From NCBI GenBank assembly GCA_035389185.1, contig DAOORK010000001.1, positions 257,006 to 321,005 on the forward strand: a stretch of DNA of 64,000 nucleotides. Direction: 5' to 3'. This DNA comes from Candidatus Woesebacteria bacterium. GTDB taxonomy: Bacteria; Patescibacteriota; Microgenomatia; UBA1400; MFAQ01. Positions 9,337 to 18,710 of the stretch are shown in pieces; positions within the stretch are counted from its first letter, which is position 1, and each line of letters starts with the position of its first letter. The notes under the pieces are model-generated. The model searched no databases. It saw nothing but the letters and a program-made list of their open reading frames with translations, and was not told the origin of the DNA. The translations under genes and the position numbers were made by a program.

Positions 9337-10167
9337 TTACTTGTAGAGAACGATGGGGCCTAGAAGATAAAGATTTAGAGACTCGGTAGTCCCCTTTTCA
9401 TCGTCACGAGTAATATTGGCGGCCATGGACCAGGGCTTGTTATTGAGTGAGAAAGTAAGGACACCGTCTTTTTCGGTATATTTTAGATCTTGATATGATT
9501 GACCGTCATAAATGGCGGCTCCGGTAACGCCCGTTTGACTAACCGTAAGAGTACCAACAATATTTTTGCTGTTGGTGGCAGAAATTACGATTGGATAGAG
9601 AGTGATTTCTTTGTCGGTAGCCTTGGGAAGCCCTGATGAATTGAGAAGAATGAGATTCTCTTTGGCTGTTGCTTTGGAGGCAGTGAAGGTGACTTTCCCA
9701 TCAGGCAGATTGTTCTGACCAGTTACAAAGGTAAAATCTTCTTTTAGAACATGGGTCACTTTTTGACCATCAAAGGTCAGTTTTAGTTTCATTGTTCCGG
9801 ATTTTAAGTCTTTATCAAAAGAACATTTCCCTCCTGTCGAACAACTACCAAGAATAATGGCTTTAATATAAGGATTGGCGATTGGTGTTTCCAAAGTCGC
9901 CCGAGCACCCTTAAGAAGGTCTCCCGAGGTGTATTCAATGTCGAGGACTCCGGACTTGGCTTTGTCACCATTAAGAGCCACAAAGGTAAAAAGACGGTTA
10001 GTAGAGTGAGGCACAAGAAGAAGGAAAGGACGTTCTGTGATAGCTAGTTCATTTACTAAGAGTTTGGTACCTGTAGCAGTGTCGGTGGAAGAAGTTGTCT
10101 TTTTGGCTCCGCAAGCAGAAAGTAAAACAGCAAAAATAAAAATTGGAATAAAGTGTCTAATTTTCAT
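9337..10167 (-). CDS. Predicted lipoprotein, function unknown
   Basis: Start moved to 10167 (MKIRHF...LLSA-C lipobox) because the track ATG at 10179 lies inside a TATAAT; Thr/Ser linker; GSCSTGGKC Cys pair. Confidence 0.75.
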   Translation of the reverse strand: MKIRHFIPIFIFAVLLSACGAKKTTSSTDTATGTKLLVNELAITERPFLLLVPHSTNRLFTFVALNGDKAKSGVLDIEYTSGDLLKGARATLETPIANPYIKAIILGSCSTGGKCSFDKDLKSGTMKLKLTFDGQKVTHVLKEDFTFVTGQNNLPDGKVTFTASKATAKENLILLNSSGLPKATDKEITLYPIVISATNSKNIVGTLTVSQTGVTGAAIYDGQSYQDLKYTEKDGVLTFSLNNKPWSMAANITRDDEKGTTESLNLYLLGPIVLYK

Positions 10168-10177
10168 AAGTGATTCC

Positions 10178-10183
10178 ATTATA
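10178..10183 (-). promoter_or_regulatory. -10 element TATAAT for the lipoprotein gene
   Basis: Perfect TATAAT 10 nt before the ATG at 10167. Confidence 0.55.
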
Positions 10184-10200
10184 ACGCAACACTTTTGGGG

Positions 10201-10743
10201 CTATTTTATCTGCGGACTAATCAGTTTCTTATTCATAATTGACTCAAAATAGACCGAGAGATCGGATGAAGTGGCTGATTGTTTGGGAGCAGGATAACCC
10301 AGATGCCGAAGAAGAAATAAGCCGAATTGGTGACCAAGACGATTAATTTCTTTTTCGCTATCGGCAACCTCAACGGCATCAAGAAATATTTTGTAGGATA
10401 AATATATTTCCCGGTCTTCAACTTCTTTAGGCAAAGTGCCAAGAAGTATTTCAGAAATAGTTAAACAAAGTCTGGTTTTACTAATCGAGTTCTTTATGGC
10501 TGGATAAAAATTGGACGACTCTGCTTGTTCTAAAAATTGAAGATCCTGTCCCCTGCCGACTAAAAACCTAATGAGGTTGAACGGATCAAGGTGGGGTGCT
10601 TTTTTGGAGGATAAACGACGAGCTCCACGAGCTACAAAATCAGCCAACCCGTGTCTTTCCGTGAGAATGGTAACATATTTGTCTGCTTCTCCAGAATCAA
10701 TAGATCTGATAACAATGCCATTGTCCGAGTATGACGACCTCAT
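10201..10743 (-). CDS. recO: DNA repair protein RecO (short form)
   Basis: GIVIRSIDSGEADKYVTILTERHG...ARGARR OB-fold; ends LLRHLGYP with no zinc-finger tail. Confidence 0.9.
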   Translation of the reverse strand: MRSSYSDNGIVIRSIDSGEADKYVTILTERHGLADFVARGARRLSSKKAPHLDPFNLIRFLVGRGQDLQFLEQAESSNFYPAIKNSISKTRLCLTISEILLGTLPKEVEDREIYLSYKIFLDAVEVADSEKEINRLGHQFGLFLLRHLGYPAPKQSATSSDLSVYFESIMNKKLISPQIK

Positions 10744-10746
10744 TGT

Positions 10747-12651
10747 CTAGTTCAAAATGAGTTCTTTGTCTTGATCAAGATTAACGACCGTCTCGGTGCC
10801 GTTGTAGATAATCGTGTGCTTGATAGACGTTGTACCTGGCTGTTTTTGGATGAGTAGTTTGTATGTTGAAAGATCCAAGTTGGCAGGAAGACTGTATTTA
10901 AAGACAATTTTACTTTGACTTTCGGGACGCATGGTGAAAAATGCTTCGATAACAGTTTTATCGAGATCTTCAGACACGATCTCTTTTACCTCAGAACCGG
11001 TAACGGAGATCAGAGTGCTCCCTTTAGGAATAAAAAGACGGATGTAATCACGATAGGTACCATTTAAACAGAGCTGACCAGCTTCAAGATTACAATTACT
11101 GCCCTTATAAGGATTATTGTAGTTAACGGTAACTGTTTTGGTTACAGTACCGGCAACGTTTTCAATTTCCTGTTCGACCTCCTTGGTGAGGAACATATCG
11201 GTTTTGGCTCCGCCAAGATTGGCATCATTTACGTGAAGATAGTCATACGCATAACCGGTATTGATTCTCCCTGCGGCGTTAAAGTCTTCGGCCACTATTT
11301 GTGTGTCATCTTCAAAGAAGTAGAACAAAAGATGTTTTTGCTTAATTGAGTCTAGGATAGTGTTTAGAAGTTGTGGCCATAAACGTTTGGGACTACCCAT
11401 GGCGTTGGCCATCATCGAATTCATGAGGGGGCCGAGAACCGCTTTTCTACCGGTCACTATTTTGTTTGTGGGACGATCGGCAATTAACTCAAGAGCGTAA
11501 ACAACCTGTGGACAATCACAACGTGCGTCTGTCTCGGCACTGAAGTTTCCCCAACCACTGACCCCTATTGGACCGATGATCTTGAGAATACTGACTGGAA
11601 GCTGTGTGTCGATCGCGATAATGCCGTCTGGACGTATCATTCCAGGAATTTCGTTGTAGTACTTAGAGAACGTATCCATGGAGACCTTGAAGTCAGGAGA
11701 CATGTTGGAGTTTCTAAGATTAAGATAGGTTTCATTTAGATATTTTTTGATAGCGTCCGGAGCAGGAACTTTTTTATTAAAACGGGCATCAAGATCGTAA
11801 ATATCGTATGAGGAAAGTAGATCGATTTTGCCCTTGGTAACCTTAATGAAGGCATAAGCAGTCATAAAACCACCCGTCGGACGAATCTCAGCATCATTTT
11901 GAAAAATAATCATATATGTTTTGGAGTCAGGATTACCAAGAAGTTCCGGAAGAAGTTTGATGAGAGGTTTTGCCTGAGTAAGAAGCTGAGCTGTTTCAGA
12001 AACCGTGGACTTGATGGTAACAATCTTGCTGCGGATTTCTTTTCCGGCAATCTTAACCGGGTAACGAGATTCTTTGATTTCGGCAAGCTCTTTTTGAGCG
12101 TTCTCCATACTGAGACCGATTTTGTCCAGATCGGGACTTATGGCATCGAGAGTCTGAGCCATAAAAACGATTCTGTCTTCGATTGTTTGAGGTTTATCGG
12201 CTGTCGTACCAGACGGAGTTGCTTCTCCATTGCTAAACCCAAGGAGATCAGCGTAAGGAGAGATAGAAGCGATCAAAATATCACCTGCCTCGACAAGAGC
12301 TTTACCTGCATTAATGGCGTGCTGTCCATCTTTGGTGTAGTTTCCCAAAAGAGGAATTACCGACGTCCAACTGACGGATCGATATTTTGAGTTTAGAGTA
12401 TCAAGCCCTTGAGACAGATTTTGCATTTCGGACTTGGCAGTGACCAAGTCTTGACCTTGAATAGAAGAATACAACTTGTTTCCTGATGTTTGGAGACTAT
12501 TTATAGTCGGCATAAATGACCTTATGGCAAAAAACCCGTAGGCACCAATAATGAGGAATAGCCCAAAGATTATTCCCAAGGGAATTAAGACATAACGAAT
12601 CTTTAAATTCTTAAGTTTCATAAAAATGTTTTTAAATTTATTGATTACCAC
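10747..12651 (-). CDS. DUF4012 membrane-anchored extracellular protein
   Basis: N-terminal TM, long helical stalk, FQNDAEIRPTGGF, SPDF, DGIIAID, NLGGAKTD, QKQPG. Confidence 0.85.
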   Translation of the reverse strand: MVINKFKNIFMKLKNLKIRYVLIPLGIIFGLFLIIGAYGFFAIRSFMPTINSLQTSGNKLYSSIQGQDLVTAKSEMQNLSQGLDTLNSKYRSVSWTSVIPLLGNYTKDGQHAINAGKALVEAGDILIASISPYADLLGFSNGEATPSGTTADKPQTIEDRIVFMAQTLDAISPDLDKIGLSMENAQKELAEIKESRYPVKIAGKEIRSKIVTIKSTVSETAQLLTQAKPLIKLLPELLGNPDSKTYMIIFQNDAEIRPTGGFMTAYAFIKVTKGKIDLLSSYDIYDLDARFNKKVPAPDAIKKYLNETYLNLRNSNMSPDFKVSMDTFSKYYNEIPGMIRPDGIIAIDTQLPVSILKIIGPIGVSGWGNFSAETDARCDCPQVVYALELIADRPTNKIVTGRKAVLGPLMNSMMANAMGSPKRLWPQLLNTILDSIKQKHLLFYFFEDDTQIVAEDFNAAGRINTGYAYDYLHVNDANLGGAKTDMFLTKEVEQEIENVAGTVTKTVTVNYNNPYKGSNCNLEAGQLCLNGTYRDYIRLFIPKGSTLISVTGSEVKEIVSEDLDKTVIEAFFTMRPESQSKIVFKYSLPANLDLSTYKLLIQKQPGTTSIKHTIIYNGTETVVNLDQDKELILN

Positions 12652-13295
12652 TTACTAATCATAGCAAATGGAGTCTTCAGAATGATAAAGATATCGTAAA
12701 TTATTGACCGACGTTGGGCATAATCTGCATCGATGGCCACTCTCTGATTCCAAGGAATTTCGTTTCTACCTGAAACTTGCCATGGACCAGATAGACCGGG
12801 TTTGGTGGAAAGACTTTGCTTAATGAGATTTTCGACATTCTTGCCATAACGTTTTTTGGCGTCTTCCAATTCAGGTTCAACATAGGCTCTAGGGCCTACC
12901 AGACTCATCTCACCTGAAAGAACGTTAAAAACCTGAGGCATTTCATCAATACTTGTTTGACGAAGGATCTTTCCTAGTTTGGTGATTCGAGGATCTTCAT
13001 CAAGCTCAAGTTTCCACCCGTTTCTCTTGTATTTTTCATAAAGATCGGGATGAGCTTGCCAGAATTCTACTGCGTGAACGGCCTTGCCATCTATCTCAAA
13101 CATTTTCATTGAACGAAATTTGAGCATTTTAAATATCTTGCCATTTTTGCCAACCCTTTCCGGTCGATAAAAAATAGGCCCTTGGGAATCAAGTTTGATC
13201 AAAATAGGGACAATAATCCAGATGGGAACAAAGAGGATAGCTAAAGTAATCGCACCGATAATGTCAAAAATTCTTTTCGTAAAGTCGTAGAGCAT
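12645..13295 (-). CDS. Initiating monotopic phosphoglycosyl transferase (WbaP/WcaJ C-terminal type)
   Basis: KRIFDI, KFRSM, DPRIT, SIDEMPQ (DE dyad), MSLVGPR, KPGLSGPWQVSGRN. Confidence 0.93.
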   Translation of the reverse strand: MLYDFTKRIFDIIGAITLAILFVPIWIIVPILIKLDSQGPIFYRPERVGKNGKIFKMLKFRSMKMFEIDGKAVHAVEFWQAHPDLYEKYKRNGWKLELDEDPRITKLGKILRQTSIDEMPQVFNVLSGEMSLVGPRAYVEPELEDAKKRYGKNVENLIKQSLSTKPGLSGPWQVSGRNEIPWNQRVAIDADYAQRRSIIYDIFIILKTPFAMISKW

Positions 13296-13360
13296 AGCTT
13301 AATTGTAGTTTAGATTATTTTGATTAATTAATGTGTTATTGCTGGTATATTATTAAGTCT
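13296..13360. promoter_or_regulatory. Divergent leaderless promoter pair (PGT / manC)
   Basis: Minus strand TACAAT-6nt-ATG (13302-13307); plus strand TATTAT-7nt-ATG (13348-13353). Confidence 0.6.
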
Positions 13361-14392
13361 ATGATACCAGTAATCATTTGCGGAGGTGTGGGAACAAAAA
13401 TGTGGCCATTGAGTAGCCCCGAACACCCCAAGCATTTTTTACCGTTAATAAACGGAAAGTCACTTTTTGAACTTAACTGGGAGACCTTAAGGAAGCGCTT
13501 TGAGGCAAACGAGATTTACTTACAGACAAATGCCCAACAGGCTGAAATTGCAAAGAGAATAGTTCCCGAGATTGTCGAGGAAAATGTTTTTATTGAACCT
13601 GATTCCAGAAACCAGGGTCCGGCAACAGGTTTGGCCGCTGCTTTATTGGTAAAGAAAGGGATGGGTGACGAACCATTTTTCTTAGTTCAGGTCGATAACT
13701 TGAGAGTTCCTGGAGAAAACTTATTCAAAATGATGGACCTGGCCGAGTCGCTGGGCAAGGAATCGCATAAATACATCACAGGGGGTTTCCTGCCGGATCG
13801 TTTTGTAAAAGGTGTCGATTTTCTAATGAAGGGAGATCTTATCCGTGAAGAGAATGGGGTGAAAATATATAAAGTTGATCGTTATGTTGATAGAAACGAA
13901 GAAGATTTCATCAACGAAAATCTAAAATCTGGAAAATTATTGATTCACGCAAATCACACCTGCATGACGCCAAATGATTTGATGAAGATGTACCAAGATT
14001 ACCGCCCAGACTGGTATGAACCTCTTAAAAAGATTTCTGAGGGTGGAGATATCTCAGAAGAATATGCCAAGATGCCAAAAGGAGCGATTGAGGAGATTAC
14101 CAAACAGGTGCACGCAAAGGGAGACTCGCTCGTTATTGAGTTACCTTTTGAGTGGACTGATTTTGGAACTTGGGATAGTTTGGAAAAATACTATCGTTTA
14201 AACAAGATTTCTGCTCAAAATGGCGGTTTGACGGAAATTGATGCAAAAAATAATTTCTGTATTACTGACAATCAGAAGCCTGTGGCCATCATTGGTTGTG
14301 ATGACATCATTGTCATTGAAGGAGATGACGGAGTACTAGTTTGTCGTCGAGACATGACCGGTAGGGTCGGTGAGGTGACTCAGCCAAAGTGA
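13361..14392 (+). CDS. Mannose-1-phosphate guanylyltransferase-like nucleotidyltransferase (ManC-like, divergent)
   Basis: Start moved to 13361 (MIPVIICGGVGTKMWPLS..HPKHFL); EP..RNQGPA, WTDFGTW, C-terminal beta-helix. Confidence 0.8.
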   Translation: MIPVIICGGVGTKMWPLSSPEHPKHFLPLINGKSLFELNWETLRKRFEANEIYLQTNAQQAEIAKRIVPEIVEENVFIEPDSRNQGPATGLAAALLVKKGMGDEPFFLVQVDNLRVPGENLFKMMDLAESLGKESHKYITGGFLPDRFVKGVDFLMKGDLIREENGVKIYKVDRYVDRNEEDFINENLKSGKLLIHANHTCMTPNDLMKMYQDYRPDWYEPLKKISEGGDISEEYAKMPKGAIEEITKQVHAKGDSLVIELPFEWTDFGTWDSLEKYYRLNKISAQNGGLTEIDAKNNFCITDNQKPVAIIGCDDIIVIEGDDGVLVCRRDMTGRVGEVTQPK

Positions 14393-15454
14393 GGATATCT
14401 CCTTCTCGAATGAATTTGAGAATTTTTCGTTGGTGAACTGGAGAGCATTTGCAAGACACTCTTGAGGGTCAAATTCCAGTTTTTCAAATTTTTCAATTGC
14501 ACTAATTAACGAGCCTGTACTTTGCTCATCAAAAAAAATACCGGTTTTCTTGGCAACAATTGTTTCCAACGCACCTCCTTGCCCAAAAGCAATCACCGGT
14601 GTACCACAGGCCTGAGACTCAATTGGTACCAAACCGTAGTCTTCTTCTTGGGGAAAGATTACCGCTTTGGCATGTCGATAGAGATCAATTAATTCTTCGT
14701 CCCCAACAGCCCCCATAAAAGAGATGGTTGGTCCGGCGATCTTGATGAGTTTAGAAAGTTCCGATCCCCTACCTACAACTGTAAGAGGTAACTTCATTTT
14801 GTTAAAAACTTTTATGGCAAGATCGACTTTTTTGTAAGGAACTAGCCGACTAACAATCAAATAGCCGTCACGTTCTGAAGCTTTGATAAGTTTTTTTGTA
14901 TAAAATTTGTTATCAATACAGGGATATATTACAGAAGAATCGCGTTGATAATATTTTTTTATTCTATTTTTTACCTCTTTAGATATGGCGATATATCGAT
15001 CTGGTCGCTTTGATGTGAGTAAATCTACTGTTCGAAAATAATTAAAGAATCTTTTGGCCATTCTAACCTTTTTATCTTTGGCATATTCTTCTGCACCACT
15101 CCAAAAATATCTTGTGGGAGTTAAGCAGTAGCAAACATGTAACTGATTTGGCTTGGTAATTACCGATTTAGCATCGCCACTGGTAATGCTGATAACGACG
15201 TCATATTCTTTAAGATCAAGAGTTTCAAAAGCCATCGTGGCAAAAGGAGCAAGCCATTCATGTTTGTTTCGTAAAAAGCCGATCTTGTTGATAAAGGTAG
15301 GAATTACTTTAAAAACTTTTGCCCAAGGAGCAGACTCTGGATCGTATACCAAAGTGTACAAAGGTGCGTCAGGAAATATCTGGTGAAGATTTAGTAGAAC
15401 ACGTTCAGCTCCCCCAAACTTATTCACACGGTCATAAACAAGAGCAACTTTCAT
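14336..15454 (-). CDS. GT4 glycosyltransferase, WbaZ-like mannosyltransferase
   Basis: GGAERVL, YCLTPTRYFW, SRLVPYK, EEDYGLVPIESQACG. Confidence 0.88.
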   Translation of the reverse strand: MKVALVYDRVNKFGGAERVLLNLHQIFPDAPLYTLVYDPESAPWAKVFKVIPTFINKIGFLRNKHEWLAPFATMAFETLDLKEYDVVISITSGDAKSVITKPNQLHVCYCLTPTRYFWSGAEEYAKDKKVRMAKRFFNYFRTVDLLTSKRPDRYIAISKEVKNRIKKYYQRDSSVIYPCIDNKFYTKKLIKASERDGYLIVSRLVPYKKVDLAIKVFNKMKLPLTVVGRGSELSKLIKIAGPTISFMGAVGDEELIDLYRHAKAVIFPQEEDYGLVPIESQACGTPVIAFGQGGALETIVAKKTGIFFDEQSTGSLISAIEKFEKLEFDPQECLANALQFTNEKFSNSFEKEISSLWLSHLTDPTGHVSTTN

Positions 15455-16590
15455 CAGTCAAAGAGTGTTTTATAAACCAAAAAAGTCTCTTTTGCCATTC
15501 TGTCCCAGGAGTATTTACGAGATTGGATATAACCTTTGGTTGAAAGATCATCACGCAGGGCTTGATCTTTAATTAGGGCTTCCAAACAAGAAACCAGATC
15601 GTCAACTTCATTGGGATTAAAGTAAAGGGCGGCGTCTCCGTAGACTTCCGGTAAACAACTTGCGTTTGAAGAAATAACAGGCAAGCCAACACTCATGGCC
15701 TCAATGCCGGTGAGACCAAAACCTTCCATCTTACTGGGATGAACTAGGGCTAGAGCAAGACTGTAAATCTTCGAAACATCGTCGTCGTTGACGTAGCCTA
15801 ACAGTTTGATCCAGCTCTGAAGGTTTTTCTCGATGATTTTATTATTTAATCTTTCCCAAAACACCGAACGAGAACATATGAGGGCAAGTTGCAGATCTAC
15901 CTCTTTGTATTGATTGTGTTTTTCAATGGCCTGGATTAGAACATCGACGTTTTTGTGTGGATATACACTCCCAGTGTAAACAATGAACGGTTGAGACAGA
16001 TGATATTCCTGAAGTACTTGAAGTTTTTCCTCGGGAGAAAGAAGAACGTCTTTGATTGTCCCCGAAGAGGCTTCATAAGTGACCGTGATTTTTTCTAACG
16101 GGACTTGAAGTCTTTTGGCGAGATCTTCTTTGACAAAATTTGAGGGCACCAAAATATGAGAGGCTTTCTTGACAATTAACCTCATTAATGTGAGATAGCC
16201 GGAGCGCTTTATAAGATAAAGTCCTTGATGGCGAGTGGTTGTACTCGGACCCTTAGAGTCGTGTTTTATCAGGTCGTGGATAGTGAGTAATAGCTTCCCC
16301 GGATACAAAAGTGGAGCGTTGAAATGAGGTACATGTAGAAGGTCGAGTTTTTCTTTGGAAAAAACAAAGGGGAGAAGAGTCTGTTCCGAAAGACTATAAA
16401 TCGGGATATCAGTGACAACTACTTTTACTCGTTTCTTTCCACGAAATTCATCTGCGTGTTGTGATTTTAAAAAGAGGACATACTCATTTTTCTTGTCATG
16501 TTTTAGTAGACCACTGACCAATTTCATGACATATCGACCAAGCCCAGCATGTTCTAAACCATAGAGACGAGCATCAATTCCGATGCGCAT
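15454..16590 (-). CDS. GT4 glycosyltransferase, MtfB-like
   Basis: IGIDAR, GLGRY, TIHDL, HKN, EGFGLTGIEAM. Confidence 0.9.
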   Translation of the reverse strand: MRIGIDARLYGLEHAGLGRYVMKLVSGLLKHDKKNEYVLFLKSQHADEFRGKKRVKVVVTDIPIYSLSEQTLLPFVFSKEKLDLLHVPHFNAPLLYPGKLLLTIHDLIKHDSKGPSTTTRHQGLYLIKRSGYLTLMRLIVKKASHILVPSNFVKEDLAKRLQVPLEKITVTYEASSGTIKDVLLSPEEKLQVLQEYHLSQPFIVYTGSVYPHKNVDVLIQAIEKHNQYKEVDLQLALICSRSVFWERLNNKIIEKNLQSWIKLLGYVNDDDVSKIYSLALALVHPSKMEGFGLTGIEAMSVGLPVISSNASCLPEVYGDAALYFNPNEVDDLVSCLEALIKDQALRDDLSTKGYIQSRKYSWDRMAKETFLVYKTLFD

Positions 16591-17508
16591 TTATATGCCT
16601 AATTGATATTTCAAGACTCGAAGTTTCCCTTTTACGGTAATTCCTGCCATGACGAGTGCGGTAACGATCTTTGGATAGCGTTTGCTATAAAACTTTTGGT
16701 AGAAAATTTTCCATGCTGCGGCTGACGATTTGGCAATTTTAATTTTATTGGCTTTGTCAGAAACGGCAGATTTGGCATTTTCCTTTCTGAGACCGGAGCT
16801 AGCACCTCTCAGATGAAGTGTACTAACTTTGGGGTAGTAAATAATTTTATATCCGGCGGCGTTGACACGGTAACAGAGATCAATATCTTCACCATAAAAG
16901 AAATATGTTTCATCCCACATACCGATTTTGATGAATAGATCGGTGGGCATCATCATATAAGAACCGGCGGCTACAGGAATCTGGTGAATTTTATCGAGTT
17001 TTTGAAAACCTAAATGATAGCTATTGAAAAAAGTAGACTTGGGAAAAAGCTTGGCAAATCCAAGGAATTTGGATATTGATGTCCATGGGGTCGGGTATCC
17101 ACGATGGTTGTCATAATCCAAAGAGCCATCTTTTAGGAAAAGCTTGATGGTAATGGCACCAACCTTGGGGTGAGTCTTGAGGTATTTGAGAGGTTTGACC
17201 AGACTATATTTGTTGACAACAGTGTCCGAGTTGAGAAAAAGCACATACTTGGCGTCGGCGGCATTAACACCAACATTGTTAGCTTTCGCAAAACCAAGAT
17301 TCTCAGAGTTTCTTATTGAGATAACACCGGGGTATTTTTTGGCGACCATGTCCATCGAGTCATCAACCGAGGCGTTGTCCACGACAACTACCTGTAGTCC
17401 CCCCTTGGGTGAGTCGGCTCGATACACAGAGGCTAGACAATCATCAAGAAGTTGACGTGTGTTGTAGTTAACAATAATAACCGCGAGTTCGTTTTTATAT
17501 TTTTTCAT
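16591..17508 (-). CDS. GT2 glycosyltransferase, WbbL-like rhamnosyltransferase family
   Basis: [37 protein letters not shown]. Confidence 0.85.
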   Translation of the reverse strand: MKKYKNELAVIIVNYNTRQLLDDCLASVYRADSPKGGLQVVVVDNASVDDSMDMVAKKYPGVISIRNSENLGFAKANNVGVNAADAKYVLFLNSDTVVNKYSLVKPLKYLKTHPKVGAITIKLFLKDGSLDYDNHRGYPTPWTSISKFLGFAKLFPKSTFFNSYHLGFQKLDKIHQIPVAAGSYMMMPTDLFIKIGMWDETYFFYGEDIDLCYRVNAAGYKIIYYPKVSTLHLRGASSGLRKENAKSAVSDKANKIKIAKSSAAAWKIFYQKFYSKRYPKIVTALVMAGITVKGKLRVLKYQLGI

Positions 17509-18710
17509 TTTTGACCGATTTTTTGGTAAATAGAATCAAGGCTTACTGCAATTTTACGCCAATCAAAATTTTCTTCCACATGTTTTCTGGTTGTGGTGGC
17601 TAGTCTTTCGGCGAGTTTGGGATTTTTTATCACCCTGACAATAAGTTCAGCAATCTTTTCCGGAGTATTACCGATAAGCACATGAACGTTATCTTTTACC
17701 TTGAGTCCTTCAATACCCACCTTGGTAGACACAATTGGTAGCTGACTGGCCATGGCAGCTAGGTTTTTCAAACGTGTTCCACCCGGACCCCTAATGGTTG
17801 AGGCGAATACTGAGGAGTCATGATATGCCTTAACAAGGCTATCAACGTCATCTACCGCAATCTCCGTAACGGTTACTCCCGACTTGCCTTGAGCCGACAG
17901 TTTAATGTCTTCAGTAATGTACTGTCCAATAATAAGCAGTTTGGCTTTGGGTAGGGATTTTTTAACAATTGGATAAACACTTTCAATGAGGACGTGTGCC
18001 GCTTCAATATTTTGCAACCATTTGAAGTTACTAACAAACAAAACGACAGGCTCTTTGGAAGTCCAGTTTGTTTTCTTTTTGAAAAGATCCAGATTAACTC
18101 CGTTTGGGACGATGTCCACAGAAAGTTCCGGATCAAGCTTATTCATTTCATTTTTATCAGCTCTTGATACGGCCACAACCTGGTCGGCTTTTCGCCAGTA
18201 ATAACGTTCGGAGTGTTTAAGTTTTTCGACGTCGATTTGAAGGAGCGGACGTAAAAACCAAGGAGCGGTTTGATCTACATAGTGTTGATAAACTAAGTAC
18301 TCAATAGTCTGATCGACCAAGATTGTGGGGATGTTGGTCTTAGGAAGACTGGGCATAACATAGAAGGTCTCGGCGTGTATTAGATCATAGTCCCCCGATT
18401 GAAGCTCTTTGGCGATAGCCTCTTTTGCACCTTCAGCTGAGTTTCTAACAATCAAAAATGGATCAAGAGAAAAACCTGTTTTAAGAATATTTTTTAGCGT
18501 CCAAGGTGTGGCACTTCTTGTAAAGGTGAGGACTTTTTTACAGTATTTTAGTAAATACTTGATATTTTCATTTTCTTTTTTATCTTTGATCAACGAAACA
18601 AGAGTGATGTCATTGTTTTTGCAAAGATACTTCAAAAGATTGAGAGTTCTAATTTGCCCACCTGAAGAGTCAGGATAGGGAAGATAAGGGGTGAGCATTA
18701 ATATTTTCAT
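17505..18710 (-). CDS. GT4 glycosyltransferase
   Basis: [31 protein letters not shown]. Confidence 0.85.
   Translation of the reverse strand: MKILMLTPYLPYPDSSGGQIRTLNLLKYLCKNNDITLVSLIKDKKENENIKYLLKYCKKVLTFTRSATPWTLKNILKTGFSLDPFLIVRNSAEGAKEAIAKELQSGDYDLIHAETFYVMPSLPKTNIPTILVDQTIEYLVYQHYVDQTAPWFLRPLLQIDVEKLKHSERYYWRKADQVVAVSRADKNEMNKLDPELSVDIVPNGVNLDLFKKKTNWTSKEPVVLFVSNFKWLQNIEAAHVLIESVYPIVKKSLPKAKLLIIGQYITEDIKLSAQGKSGVTVTEIAVDDVDSLVKAYHDSSVFASTIRGPGGTRLKNLAAMASQLPIVSTKVGIEGLKVKDNVHVLIGNTPEKIAELIVRVIKNPKLAERLATTTRKHVEENFDWRKIAVSLDSIYQKIGQK

Noticed and set aside
17505-18710. GT4 with KNLAAMA lacking the usual Glu, as a possible pseudoenzyme
   Set aside because: Single substitution in an otherwise intact, coupled gene; not enough evidence
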